A stretch of DNA of 64,000 bases. It comes from the human T2T-CHM13v2.0 reference genome, Homo sapiens. The notes below the pieces were generated by a model. The model made no database searches and was not told the origin of the DNA. It saw nothing but the letters and a program-made list of their open reading frames with translations. The stretch is taken from NCBI RefSeq assembly GCF_009914755.1, contig NC_060947.1, one strand, 5' to 3'. Each line of letters begins with the position of its first letter. The first letter of the stretch is position 1. Of the stretch, positions 29,283-46,677 are shown one piece after another. Position numbers and translations under genes: made by a program.

Positions 29283-30021
29283 TTAACTATATCTTAATTG
29301 TTTTCCTCAGGTAGCTATGAGTGGTCTCAATTCTTCTGTAAATTCTTTTATGATTTAGTGACTTCCTGCCTTTTTATAATAGAAAAATTGGTTTGGTATA
29401 TTTTATTCCATTTTATCTTCATAAAGGTCCTCCACCCATGTCTAGAAACATTTTAATGCAAAGTCCTAAAGAAAGTTAAATCCTAAGCACTTATCTCCTT
29501 AAAAATAAATTCAGCTTGATTTAGAAGAATTCTGTATGTAAAAAAATGGGTAAATTCCCCATTCATTAATAACTCTTTGTTATAATATTATCTGTTATGG
29601 CATCTCCTTATAAAGCAAACACCTCAGGTACTAGGTATTACAAATAATTTCTTCCTTGTGTGAATGTCAAGTCCTCTGAGAGCTGATGGTATGAATCTGT
29701 ACAGAAACATTTTCTGCTCACTGTAAAATCTGGTAGTGCCAAACCCATCTTATATGAGACAAACGGATCAATCTGAATTAGTGACACCAAAAACAAACAA
29801 GTTTTTCCATGTAAACATTTTTATATTCAGGAACACACAATTATTCAGATTTTCAGGATAAGAAACTTTGTTAGATAATAAGAGGACATTATGTTTAATA
29901 AACAAATTAATTCTGTAAGTGGCACTTAAAGGAAGATTAAAGGTAACCAAACAGTCTTGCTCATATGTATTATCAATACAACTTCTAAATCTTATTTAGC
30001 CTATAATAAAAGGCTTGCTAA

Positions 30022-33175
<3,154 letters not shown>

Positions 33176-34252
33176 AACACTGTAATTCTATATTGTGATT
33201 TGCTTCCCATTTGAAAAAAAGTATTTCCTCCCTTGTCTTCTAAGAAGGTACTCCTTGAGGGATTTTATAGAGTTCAGATTTGCTGTCTTTCTCCTGCCTC
33301 CTTCGGCACCAGTCAAATCATTTTGTAAAATTCACTGGGATTAACAGGCATTAGTAATTTGTTTATCGGTCACATAGATAAAATTTGCCTTTGAATTTTA
33401 TATGAATACTGTCCACAAACACAGAATGTTTTTTCTATCTTTTCAGTTGACTAAGAAAAAAACTACACACATGCGCATATAAAAAGCACTGTTTCCTTCT
33501 GATACTTCATTTGAAAGCCCCTCAAAAGCAGAAGAAAAAAAATAAAACCATATGAATTAAAGTTAAGGTAGAGGATTTTTCCAACAGCATCATTTCTGCT
33601 GGTTACTAAGTTCCACAAATAGCTAATGAGGCCAACCACCTTTGAAATCAAAGTGCTGTGCCCCATCTCCTAATGGAGCCACAGTATGCTAAGGGAAGTG
33701 AAACTTCTAGAGTCAGCACCCAGATGGTGTTGACAAAGAAACCCACGTGCATGGTGCAGTGCAGACTATTTTTTAAATTGGCCTCAAACTCTAAAAAGCA
33801 CACAAACACACATTTGGATCACCTCTGTTCCACCACACAAAACAGTCCCAGTTTGCGTGACTCCCCACTGCCTGGTTCACATGCTGAGTAACTGGATGCT
33901 ATTTCAATATTTAGCTCAGGCCAACAACATTAGCAAAGCAGATTTTTCTCACCTTATTGCCCATGGCCAAATATATAACTTTGAGGTGGTCTGCGCGGTC
34001 TGCTTCTTTCCATATGAGTATAACATTGACCTGTATGCATATGATTCTCAGCAATGTAGAGGTAACTGCTCACATTTGTATCTTAGTAAGAGGGAATTGA
34101 TGAAGCAATAAATGTTTAACAGCTAGGTGTCATCTCCCAGCTGTGTATGAATTTCTGTTATAATATCAATGACAAATCATTGACTAAGCTTATCTTATAG
34201 ACAGAAGTCCACTGAACTTGCTTTTAGACAACCTAAGTCGAAATTACTTTTC

Positions 34253-34875
34253 TGAATGTAAATTAATTCAGCCACTGTAAAAAGCAGATTGGCAATTTCT
34301 CAAAGCATTTAAAACAGAACTACCATTCAGCCCAACAATCCCATTATTGGGTATATACTCAAAGGAATATAAATTGTTCTATCATAAAGACACATGCACA
34401 TGTATGTTTATCACAGCACTATCCATAATATTCCAAAGACATGGAATCAACCTAAATGCACATCAACAGTAGACTGGATAAAGAAAATGTGGTACATATA
34501 TTCCATGGAATACTATGCAGCCATAAAAAGGAACAAGATCACATTCTTTGCAGCAACACGGATGGAACTAGAGGCCATTATCATAAGTGGAGGAACATAG
34601 GAACAGAAAACCATATACTGCATGTTCTCACTTGTAAGTGGGAGTTAAACATTTAGTACACATGGATACAAAGAAGGGAACAACAGACACCAGGGCCTAC
34701 TTGAGGGTGGAGGGTGGGAGGAGAGTGAGGATCGAAAAACTACCTATTGAGTACTATGTTTACTACATGGTTGATGAAATAATCTCTACACCACAGCCCC
34801 ACAACATGCAATTTACCTATATAACAAACCTGCACATGTACCTTTGAAACTAAAAATGTTAAAAAAAAAAAAAAA
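34253..34875 (+). mobile_element. L1PA15/16-like 3' fragment
   Basis: ORF2 C-terminus remnant (KTWNQPKC...WIKKMWYIY), 3'UTR gagggtggagggtgggagga, poly-A; perfect 13-bp TSD gaaattacttttc at 34240-34252 and 34876-34888. Confidence 0.92.
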
Positions 34876-34934
34876 GAAATTACTTTTCCACCAATAATTA
34901 GCCATGTGACCTTGGAAAACTTAATTAACTTTAT

Positions 34935-35885
34935 TAGCAGCCTCAGTTAGTTGCCTACCCAACAGTGATTTCCCCTTCCCTCCTTCTTCCAAAGAGAGGT
35001 CTAATGTTATTTGGCTATTCAACCTTCCGCCACGTGACCAAGGGTAGATGACCCATCCCGGCTCCAAAGATAGATCCTCATTATGTTTGGTCCCTTGTGG
35101 TTACACTATTCCATTTGCCAGGAATGTTTTAAGAAGGGAAATGCATATCAGATTAAGTTTGGTTGCATAACTACAAAAAAGAGCAAGAAATAAAAATAAC
35201 AGTGGTCTTAAATAAGATGCAAATATAATTCCCTGGGGAATTATATTTTATATACTGGAGAAAAGAAGACAGGTGTTAGGCAACAGGGGGCACCCTGTTC
35301 AGGAGTAGATAGATGCATCAGGGATGAGGCTCTCAACTAGCTTACTTTTCTGCCATTTTGCTGTGCTGTCTCAGGTCCGGCACTGCTGCTAGGAGCCCTG
35401 GACAACTTCAGCCAACAGGAAGCCCTTACTGCAGGGGACTTAGTCACATGATGACAGTTAGCTATACAGGAGGTAGTGAAAGGAAGGTGGGGGAAATGCA
35501 AGGAGAAGGGGAGACAACTAGTAGTCATTGTCACAGCATGTGGCCCAATTCCCGCCTATGAAATATGAAGCTTCCGGGAAAGTCTCCTGCTATGAAAGAG
35601 AAACAAAAAGAGATAAACTGTACTTCTCCCTCTGATCAGTGTCACATCTCAATGTGATGTCTGAAACTGATGCAGCCATCTTGGTACCAGCCTGAGAGCA
35701 AAGCCAACAATACACAGAGCAGGACAGAGCCTGCAGAGAGAAGGACCCAACATCCTGACATTCTGTATGGTACCCAGATCGTAGGCCATGCTGGACTTCT
35801 TGTCATCTTAGATGGAAATTTCATTACTGTTTATTTCCAATGGAGGGGGAGTCTTCTGTTACTTGCAGACAAATGTCTTCAAATT
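34935..35885. mobile_element. Ancient ERVL LTR (LTR16-like), apparently with a second old LTR nested at ~35145-35545
   Basis: ttgcctacccaaca..ttccccttccctcc at the left; gcagccatcttg...ggacttcttgt...ttctgttacttgcag at the right. Confidence 0.5.
35279..35294 (+). promoter_or_regulatory. Candidate CTCF motif
   Basis: ggcaacagggggcacc versus the CCACCAGGGGGCGC core; motif match only. Confidence 0.3.
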
Positions 35886-36339
35886 CATTCGACCTATCCA
35901 GTAGGCCTTACAAATTTAAAGACAGTCATTTCTCCCTCTTGGTTTGTATTTTCACAAGCTAAAAATTCTAGAGACATAGAAGATCAATCAATTCTTATTT
36001 TAATCACTATTATCAAAATATATCTTGATTAATGCCTTAGCAATATTAAGTAACGTATATGCCTATAGTGATGTGTTATTGTCATGTAGACCAAAATAGA
36101 AAAGCAGAACAAAAAGATAAAATTCATTAAATACGTCATATTCACGTTCATTAAAAAATAATTGTTCATTTATCTTTTGGCTTATTGTTTTATAAAATGA
36201 ATGCAGAAAACCATAAAATAATTCAGGTATTGGGGTTCCAATTCCTGGCCTTACCACTTGCATTGTGATCTAAGGAAAGCAATTTCATCTGTGAGAGCCA
36301 TAGTTTTTTATACATTAAAAAATGGGAGAGGAATACCAC

Positions 36340-36692
36340 TGGTTTTAGTCAGCCTTGGCTGCCAAAACAAAATATCATTTGCTTTTCACAGTTCTGGAGG
36401 CTGGACATCTGAGATCATGGTGCCAGCAGAGTTCAGTTCTGATTAGGGATCTCCTCCTGGCTTGCAGACAGCCACCTTCTCACTGTGTTCTCACATGGCA
36501 GGGAAAGAGCAAGGTCTGGTCTCTTCCTCTTCTTATAAGGGCACTAATCCCATCATGGGAGCCCCACTCTCATGAATTCAGCTAAACCTAATCACTCCCC
36601 AAAGGCCCTACCTGCAAATAGCATCACACTGGCTGTAGGGCTAGGCTTCAACATAGGAATTTTGGTGGGACGCAAACATTCAGTCCATAAAA
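36340..36692 (-). mobile_element. MLT1A0-like MaLR LTR inserted in a MIR
   Basis: cacagttctggaggctgg...ctcttcctcttcttataagggcactaatcccatcatg...caaacattcagtccata; MIR sequence on both flanks. Confidence 0.8.
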
Positions 36693-39445
36693 CCATCTCT
36701 TCTTAAGAATGTGTGAAGGTTGAAGAAATGTGTAAGTGGCATAATGGCAGTTATATAGTACTCATTAACTGGCAACTATGACATCATGGGCAGCCAGTGA
36801 GGATACAAAGACAAAGTTAGTAGATCTGATTCAATATTTCATTCATTCGTTTATACATACATACATTCAGATTCCACCTAGTTCCAGAAGGCATTGAAAG
36901 CAGAAGGAAAGCAAATATAAAAATTATTGCAATGTTTTAAGTTATAGAATAAATTGTATCTATCAAGAAATTATGGGTAGATAGAGAGATAGCAGAAACC
37001 AAGAGACATCAGATGTCATGAAGGAGCAGAAGCCATGAGGGAAAGAGAAGAAAAGTCAACGAAAGGTATTTGAGAGTAGACTAGAGCGACGTGGGTAAGT
37101 GAGGGAGGTGGGGAGAAAGAGAGAAAGCTAGTTAGCATCAAGTCTACAGCCTGGTAAATGTCGAATGTTACTAGAGTCATACTTTGCACAGGGATGAGTT
37201 TCCTTTGAGTCTTGCATGGGGTGGTGTTCAGTTTTCACAAGGGCTAAGATGTTTTTCCCCTTTTAAGTTCTTTCCTGTGTAACTTTACAATGGATATCTC
37301 CTACCTGAAATAACCAAGTGTGTCTCTGTTCCTTGCAACATGGAAGAACATAAAACAAAGTAGTAGCCTAAGCCACAGAATTGATAAAAGGGTGAAAGAA
37401 ATGTGTCTACAGTGAGAGGAGAAGAGGCCTAAGATGGAAGTATGTTTAAGGAGCAGGTGAGGAATAACATGCCTTCAAAGGAGAGCAAGACATATTACTC
37501 CCAGAGGTAGGAGGAGAAATAATAGAGTTATGGAAAAGGGAAGAAAAGACGTTGTCAGGAAAAAACAGCTGGATTCAGAGGTTCCAGAGGTAACATGCAA
37601 TAAGGACTCACTCTCCTGAATTCGCAGCAAAGTTGCCTATAACCCTGAAGACAGAAGACTCAAAGGAATGATGGGGTAGAAGCCAGATAGCAGAGAGTTC
37701 AGGAGTAGATAGATGAGCATGTGAACTAGCTTTGAGTGTAAACTATTCTTATGAGAGATTTAGTTGCAAAAAAGAGATGGCTTTCAGAAGAGGTTTGCTC
37801 AAGGAAGGGTTTTGACATGACAAGATGACTGAGAGTGTAGAAGTTGAAGCTGGGGAAGAGTTAACATGATGCTATCTGGAGTGACCCTGATGAAGCAGAA
37901 CTGCATGGGATTTGGACAGGATGACAGATGCCTTTGCCTCTGAGATGGGAGGAAATGGGGCCTGTGCTGCCCATACTTGAATTTCATTTGTGATGAATCT
38001 TTGACTACAAGGACAAATTGACCCAGTACTTTCATGTGGAACTAGCTATAACAAAGGATATTTAAAGTTTTAAGTGAGCTTGTTTTAACCTCACAAAGTA
38101 TTATATATAAATAATATGGTCATTTAAAATTTCCCAATTATTGTTATTTGTTCTGGATCTTAAGCTCATATCATAAGAACATTGATGGGGCTAAGTTTCT
38201 GGAAGTGACAGATCTTGTGCTTGTGGCTGGCTAATGAATCACCCAGGAAGTTTGAGAGACCAGGATGTTACCTCCAGATTGTGGGACTTCCAGGCTTCCG
38301 CCCTATCAGGCAGGCACATCTGCTTCTCCAGATGAAGGAAACAAAACCAGAATAGAAGAGTCAGTTGGCAAAGCAACAAGGTCAATTCTTGCCCTCTCCT
38401 TCCTGGTTTCCTGCACTGACCTGGAACTATCTACGTGAACTGCCTTCAACCAATTCTGCACTCTGCAAAAAGAATTAAAGCAGGAAGGACTACACTGTTC
38501 TCCTCTTTCAGCATCCCTGAAATGCCGTCTGACTCATTTACTAAACCCACAAGTTTTGACTGATCTATACTGTGCATTAGACTCTGTCCTAGGCACTGGA
38601 GAAAGCATGGTGATCGTAAAATAGTTTTCCTATGTAGCACAGATTGCCGTGGGTCTTGCATGAGGACTAATTGTTAATAAGGATTCTTGTTGTTTATCTA
38701 AACGGATGCATCTGTAAATCTTGCTTGAGCATATTGCATTACTGTTTACAAAAGGGTAAGGTTGCTGTTTATTTTTCGGCATGGAAGATGCACACATTGT
38801 ACTTTTCATTTACAAGATACAGCTCAGGGTGAACAAAGCCCTAGGATAAATACTCTTTTCTAAAACACACAAAAGATGATAAACTCCAAAGCTTACATGT
38901 GTTCTAATTTTCATTATGGCCCATTTGGCCCAGGGTTCCATATCTGTCAGAAGATCCCCGTGACATATTAGGGAGGGCATGGTTTTGGCTATCATCTAAA
39001 ATAGCATTCTTATTCCTCCTCCAATTCTAACTTCCCAACCTGCCTTAATTATCACATTTGGATTCATCTTCCATGAATTAAAATATTAGACTATATCACT
39101 TCTTAAGATACAGGATAGAAATAGAACCAGGATGCTTGCAATTTATGACTTCCATGAAGTTAACTCTAATTTTATGTTTCCTAATATTGCTGTTGTCAAG
39201 CTTAAAGGGTATTACCTAGTCCTGTTAAGTTCTATTGTGTCTTGTCCATCTCATATCTCTGTAGCTTATAAAGTACCTGACAAAGAAGGAAAGAGCTTGA
39301 TAAATATTTGTGGAATAAAATAATTTAATCAATAACTAATTGTCACCCTTTTAAATTTGTAGACTTTAAATTTCCTGTCTCTCTGGTTTCATGTTTTACA
39401 GTCTAAAAAATCCTGATATTTTGGTAGATTCTCACCAAGTAAGAC

Positions 39446-39563
39446 TTAGGTGCCCATATGTCCCAGTTTGCTTAGTGCAGTTCCAGTTCATGCCTAATGT
39501 GCCAGGGTAATTATTCCTAGTGATCTTTTCCCTTTCAAAAGTATCCCAGTTTGAATGACCCTC
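39446..39563. mobile_element. MER94-like hAT-Blackjack MITE
   Basis: catatgtcccagtttgc...gtaattatt...tcaaaagtatcccagtttg..gaccct. Confidence 0.6.
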
Positions 39564-39774
39564 TAATCACTATTCTCCCGGGTCCCTTGAGCCCCTCTGT
39601 AAAATTCTACATGTGCATTTCAGAAGCTGGAGAAAGCTTTCTTTTTACAGGACATTGTGGTAGGTTTTTTGTTTGTTTGTTTGTTTGTTTGTTTTTTTGC
39701 CTACTCCCCTTCCTGATGATAAAGTATCTCTACGGACTTTCAGACTACTGGGCAGGGGTTGTCTAGGAAAAGCC

Positions 39775-39912
39775 TAGGGCCATGCTTTTCAAATTTTAGT
39801 GTGCTTTAATGTATCACTGGGGGCTTCTGTGAAAATGTAGATCCTATTCAGCAGGTCTGGAATGGGGCTCCTGATACTGTTGGGCTGAGGACAGCACTTT
39901 GAGTAACAAGGG
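39775..39912. mobile_element. MER5B-like MITE
   Basis: tcaaattttagtgtgc...gaaaatgtagat..attcagcaggtctgg...cactttgagtaacaagg. Confidence 0.6.
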
Positions 39913-39989
39913 TCTCCAAGTTTTCCTAGTTAGCCATGACTTAGAGCCCAGCTATTATGACATAACATTGCTTAGTGCTCAACAGGATA

Positions 39990-40215
39990 CTCTTTAGAAG
40001 CCACAGAGCTGAGGTCAAACCTTGCCCTCATCACTCATACCTTTGTGACCTTACACAATGTATTGATCCCTCTAAAACTCAGTTTTCTTATATATGAGAT
40101 ACAAAGAATAACAATTATCTCAGAGGAATGATGTGAAGATTAAATGAAATAATAAATATAAAACAGTACTATCTTCCCTCATTGTAAATGTTCAAAACTG
40201 GTGGTAGCTGAAATT
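39990..40215 (+). mobile_element. MIR
   Basis: tgtgaccttacaca...ctcagttttctta...gtgaagattaaatgaaataata. Confidence 0.6.
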
Positions 40216-41393
40216 GTCATCATCACAGTTATCAAGTGTAGTTTGAATTCCTCCCCCGTTTTCTCTGCCCAGTTCTTCCCTGCCATTTCCCCCGTTTTAC
40301 TCAAAGCTTAACATCAGAAGTTACTTGTTTAGATAAATATCAAAGGGTAATGAGCAGAGATATATTTTGGATAGTGCCTTAAAAATGGACACTGGGATAT
40401 GCTAAACTATCAAGTTGTCAGTACATGCAGGAATTACAATCAAGGTTTGGACAGATCTACAGGAAGGGCCAAAAGTTGGCAATTAATGCCAATTCATAGA
40501 TGCTTAATTATCACTTGACTGGATTAAATTCCCTGGGCTGAGGCTGCCTCCTTTAGTTAGCATGCGTCAATAGCAGCAGTCAGAAGCAATTCAATTGTAT
40601 ATACTCTTCTAAAACCCAGAATTACCAGAAGAAAGAGAATGAATATTAGAAAAATAGAAAAGTTTAATAGACCAACTCATCAACCTAGACCTTGTTTTAA
40701 ACTTTGCCTTCTCTTTTTCCTAATTGGGTATCAGGTAGCAGAATTCCAAGTATTCCAGTTTCACTTACTTTATTTTAGCCTTTCAAAAGTCACATAATCT
40801 AAACCTTCGTTTTAACTCATGGAAAGTGATAGGACTGAAACAGCATTTTGTAAATAACAACTTACTATTTAAACCTATAGCGTCAACATCATTGTTGCAG
40901 TCATCAAAATTGTTATTCTCTTCCTCATCTTCAAGGTCCCTTCTGGCTATAAACATTTCTCTTTCCTCTGATGTCAGTCCTAATGTAGGACCCATGTTCT
41001 TTCTCTCTGGGTAGAGTCACCAGTGAAAGAATAAAAGTGATATCAGAAACTTGGATAATTTTCTTACTAGAAAATCTCTACTTAGTCATTGTAAAACTGG
41101 ATGTTGAGTTTGAAGTGACAATGTGCTATAGGTTTACCTCCTACAATTCAAAGCTCACTATAGACTATAATTTTCCATTGATTAATTCATTGACTTATTC
41201 ATTGTACACTTGCTTAGACCATAGTACCTATGGCATGAAGAACATAATAAAATGTCTCTCCCTAGTGAGAACTCACAGAACTACCAGGGCATGCTTCCTG
41301 AGGCCCATCACACTCTACAGGTCAATCATGATTCCATCTTGAGTTAACTATTCTTGACACTTACATGGCAGGTCATTTTCAAAGTATGCTTAC

Positions 41394-41394
<1 letters not shown>

Positions 41395-41424
<30 letters not shown>
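41395..41424. repeat. (AAC)n microsatellite
   Basis: Direct read. Confidence 0.9.
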
Positions 41425-41425
<1 letters not shown>

Positions 41426-41752
41426 TGTTCTTAACAAAGATTGGCCCAACTATCACAATGACTGGAGGGCCTACTTATAGAAATAGTAGGAATAACTAAT
41501 TTATATTTTCCACCAGGGTTGCACTGAGCACTGATAGGTCTCACTTGATGGATAATTCTCAAAATCCCTTAAGAAGATTTCCATGCAGAAAGAAGAGAAA
41601 TCACCAGCATATTTTCATTATCTGACTGGAGGGATGGCTATTTCCTAGAGAACAGCAACCAGGATATGTGCAACATTAAAATTAACATGGTCCCTTAAGT
41701 GTTTCCCTCACCAGATTGGTTCTACAAGCACACAGCTATTTATCCTCTAAGC

Positions 41753-41950
41753 AAGGGTCAGCAAACTATAATCCATGGACCAAATCCAGCCCATCACCTG
41801 TTATTGTAAATAAAGTTTTATTGGAACCAGCCATGCACATTCATTTGTGTATTGTCTATGACTGTTTTTGTACTCAAATGGCAGAGTTGTGACTGAGATC
41901 TTATGGTCAGAAAAGCCTAAAATATTTACTATCTGGTCTTAACTAAAAGA
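41753..41950. mobile_element. MER58A
   Basis: gggtcagcaaactata...caaatccagccc...gtaaataaagttttattggaac...aaagcctaaaatatttactatctgg. Confidence 0.8.
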
Positions 41951-42992
41951 CCATGCTACTTTACCAAAAACAACAACAACAAAACCATTAAGCTTGCATT
42001 GACATTTCAGTGATTTAGTTTGAAGAATTCATAGATATCTTTAATAATTTTAAATTACTATAATCCTTAATAGAGGTAATTAAAAGCTACAATGGAGAGA
42101 TTTGGAATAAAAATTTCTATGCAAATATCCCTTTGGTATATGGTTAATCACTAACAAATTAATCAAATATTATTTATGAGAAAGATAATGCCTAGTTTTA
42201 TATATTGGAAACTTAATGAAAAAGATAACAAGTAAACATATTCAACAGCTCTGATTTCTGCCAGTATATCATAAAATAAATACTAGTACTTGAGCTCATG
42301 CTCATATCCTAATATCTACATAATAATTAGGAATAGATGAGTTGATCCACGACTCTGCTGTAAGTACTACAGGAAATGTCTCTGTAAAAGTATATTATCA
42401 TTTTAATCTAGATTTAATGTATCTCATAAGCTTTTAACAATGTATATGTGTAATCATTTGAGAATCTAGAACCCAAATGAAAAAATATATATTTAAATGG
42501 AGAAGAGGGTTATTTCTGTGTCCTGCTTTAGTTAATTTTAAGACATAAATATCTAAAGTTGATAAAACAAAAGGGGAAACAAGCCCATCTGCAGAAATAA
42601 TTTTGCAGTTTATATCCAAGCTACTTTTGAAATATAGAACCTGCTTTCTCCTTTCAAAGACCCTCAAGTATTTGCTGTAGCTTTATTATTAAAATATCTA
42701 GATGTGTCATTATAATCAGATGGAAAATTCAGCAAAATTGTGTTTTCTTAGTAAATAAAGTATATACTGACTATATGTTTATATATTAACTTTTTCCCAC
42801 ATGAAACCAGTATTTAAAGCTAAACATTTTTCTCACTACAGATACTTCTTGACTAATGAGTCAGTGATTAAATATATACCAAGTGAATATTAATAAAGAA
42901 TGGATTTTTTAAAAATCATGTTCACTTTGGGATATTGATCTCATATTCCTCATGCTATGTGAATTGTACAGAATGGTTAAGAAATTATTGTT

Positions 42993-43344
<352 letters not shown>

Positions 43345-43580
43345 TTACAATTCTACTGATGCTGAAAGGTTAAGGAAAGACTTTGGAAATTCAAAAGCCA
43401 ACCACAATTAATATTGCTTTATTCTTTTCTTTCTTATCAGGTACAAAAAATTTGGAATGTTTATAGAATGCTTGCCATATGTAAATATTGAAATAAAAAT
43501 TATTCATACAAATCCCTAACCATGAAACTAAAGATTCTAATAATTCTAAATTTTTAAATATGAATATTTTCTATTTTTTT

Positions 43581-43595
43581 CACACACACACACAA

Positions 43596-43634
<39 letters not shown>
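43581..43634. repeat. (CA)n(TA)n compound microsatellite
   Basis: Direct read. Confidence 0.9.
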
Positions 43635-45309
43635 CTTTTAAAATTAGGATGCTAAATCTCTGCCCATCTGTGTCAGCCTTTTAAAGAGCTTGTGATTCCC
43701 AATCTTCAATGCCAGGATACACAGATGTTAGTAGGTGAGACAACAGACCGACAAATTCCTGCTTGGTAAGTAAAATAAAAAGTAAAATGTAAAACAGGAG
43801 ATCTTGTTTTCTCTACTTTGGGGAAAATAAATCAAAACAAAACAAAATCATCACCAGCCCTCTCAAGTTCATAAAAAAGACATTGTTTAAAAAAAAAAGA
43901 GAGAGAGAAAAAAGCAAATGATAGTAATATTTATCCTGAAGCAAGGTGGCTAAAATTTGACCCAAGTACTTCCTAACTACTGAAAATTAAATCATTGCTT
44001 TTGTGGATTTGAAAAACAGAAGGTCTGCATTTCAAGCATATAAATAACATGAAATAATTGTGTCTTCACTTTGAAAGGGCTATTTACCAAAAGAATGTGA
44101 CATTCTGAGGGGCACACTTTGGGGATGAAATTTAAGCAAAGGTCACATCTCAAATTCAACCAGCCTTTTTCACCTGGGCTGCAATGGAATGGAATGATTG
44201 AACAAGTGTGAACTCCTAGGCAGGGTGGGCATAGGTGGAGTTAGTGGGTAAATTTGATTTGTTTGCTAAGGTTAGTGAAATAAATTTATCTCCTTTGGAG
44301 TGGGATTCCAGGTGCTAAAAAATAAAACATGGTGTTTGTAGCCACATTTCTTTCCTTCATTTTCAAAATTTATCCAAATGAGATTAAGTTGATTGGTACT
44401 CTACAGAGATAGCAGCCACCTACCATTCTGATTAATATTTCAGTGAGGAGGCAATGTCTTATTATTGAGACCAAGCAATTATCAGCCTTTTGACTATATA
44501 ACATAAAATAAAATAATCAAGACCAATATCCCATGGAAATTATCTGAAGATACAAACACAAGCCTGAGGAGACATCCCTATAGCTAAGCCTGTTGAGGTA
44601 AAGGACTGGAGTTTGAAGGGGCTCTTCCTCCTTCACAGAAGCACTATGGCCTAGCTACCCTCTCCGTGGTAGTAATATGGAGTGGGCCCAAGAGAGAGCA
44701 GCTTTAAAATTCAAAACAAGATCCTGGAGGACTGTGGTTGACTTGGCCAGGTACTTAGGAGCCACAGTTTTGCTCGTAAAGAGGCTTTGAGTAGTCACTC
44801 CCTCTCAGGTGGGCTCTAGGGTGGAGATTCCATCTTTGTGGTCCTTGGGACATCTCAAACAACAGAGATGTGGAAGCTATAAAGAAAACCTCTGAGGAAG
44901 ACTATTCACTGGGACAGGGCAGATATTACATATTTCCAGCATCACAAAATTTTCTATTGGACAATGCTGTATATCTAGGTGCTATAACATTTAAAGTGTT
45001 AGCTTTTTAAAATTTATCTGCAACCATTTCTTCTCTTAATTCCTCAGAAGTAGGCAATCTAATACCACCTCTGGAGCTACTATTTCAATGAATAATCATA
45101 TGTTTGCTTAGCCATATTGGAAAATCAAATAAATCTGAAAGAGTATGTTGTCCCTGGAATGTGCTAATTTCTAGTTACTCACTGCTATGCGTAAGAAGTT
45201 AAACTAAAACCTGTTCTTCACATTAACAGACAAAAAGGGCTTTCTTTGTCTGACTATCTAAATTGACTTCCCACACAGGAACCTAAGTGATAGCAAGCCG
45301 TTAACAATG

Positions 45310-45612
45310 GTTGACTCATCCTTTAAATATCAGGTCTCCTTTATGTCATATTTCTGATTGTCACCTTTTGAGAAAGCTTCCCTACCATCCTACTGACTCC
45401 CCTCCATCATTCTATCCCCTTATCTTCTGTATTACCACCTGGCATATTATATACTTATTGGCTTGTCAGTCTCCCTATTCTACAGCATAATCTCTTTAAA
45501 AGAAAGTATTGTATTTTATTCACTGATGTATTCCTAATGCCTAGAACAGTATCTCTGTTTTTGTTCACTTTATATATGCTTAGTAAATACTTATAGAATG
45601 AATTTATGAATG
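45310..45612 (+). mobile_element. L2 3' fragment
   Basis: gaaagcttccctacca...ttattcactgatgtattcctaatgcctagaacagt...agtaaatacttatagaatgaat. Confidence 0.6.
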
Positions 45613-46677
45613 AAACCTCCAGAAAGCAGATACAAAATTTTCTTCATATACATTCCTCTGGAGAGCAAATGTATAACTTAGATCTTATTCTGAACAGATT
45701 TGTTCTGGGGCTTAAAAAGACTAAGAACCTGAGTTTTACACACATTATGCCATTTCATTATCAGCAACATCATTCTCTGCAATGTCCATACATGAAAGTT
45801 CTGCAACTGATCAAATGCTTACTTTATTAGAATCATACAAAATAAATATAAGTTGAAAAAGCAATGACATGAAACATTTATATTTGAAGGGCTTGTTGTT
45901 GTTGTTGCTGTAATTGTAAGAAAATTTACACCAAAAAGAACTTCATCTATCCTAGGTAATTTAGATCACTCCAAATTCTATTCTGATCTTTCTTATTAAA
46001 CATACCTCTATATTTACGCATGTGTAATCAGTAATCATGTAACTGTTGTCTTTGAGATTTCCTTAAGAGATTTTAGCAGGAGCTCCAAAAGGTTCAAGTT
46101 TGGCTGCAGAACATGGGGCATTTTTATGTAGATGTGGATTGTGATTCTCAGTACCAATGGCTTCTCCCTGCTATGTCTGCTTTCCCGCCTCCCATTTGTC
46201 AAGATATAAACTGCACAGTCAGGGCTGAAGGAGCTACAAAAGTTAAACAATGTGTGTAAATGAAGATAAGAATTCTGCATGAGAGCAAGGGTTAGAAGAG
46301 GAAGCTAAGAAGGACAGAAAAAGAGATTGACTCAATGTTGTGTAAAAATAGAGACCAAGAGGGCTCAAAGGAAGGTGATAAGAAAATTAAATTAGAAAAA
46401 GCCAGGAAGATAAAGGAAGTTCAAAATATCCATAAATAGCCAAATGAATAAGAAATACAAAGAAAATACTAAGAAGCAGTAAAGGATAGTAACAATAAGG
46501 GAAAAAAGAAATGTGTAGCAAGGGAAAGAAATAGTAAAAAAGGATAAACAGTGATACAGCATGAAAAGAGAAAATGAAAAAAGACTGTAAATACAGAAGA
46601 GAGAAAATAACAAGATGATCATGTGCACATACAAACACAGTGAGATGCGATAAGGAGAGAAATAACAGAAACTCATC

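Noticed and set aside
33712-33730. TCAGCACC as a REST/RE1 site
   Set aside because: Only the left half-site; the GGACAG half is missing.
46320-46670. Purine-rich tract giving hydrophobic 'membrane-like' minus-strand ORFs
   Set aside because: Compositional artefact of T/C-rich low-complexity sequence.
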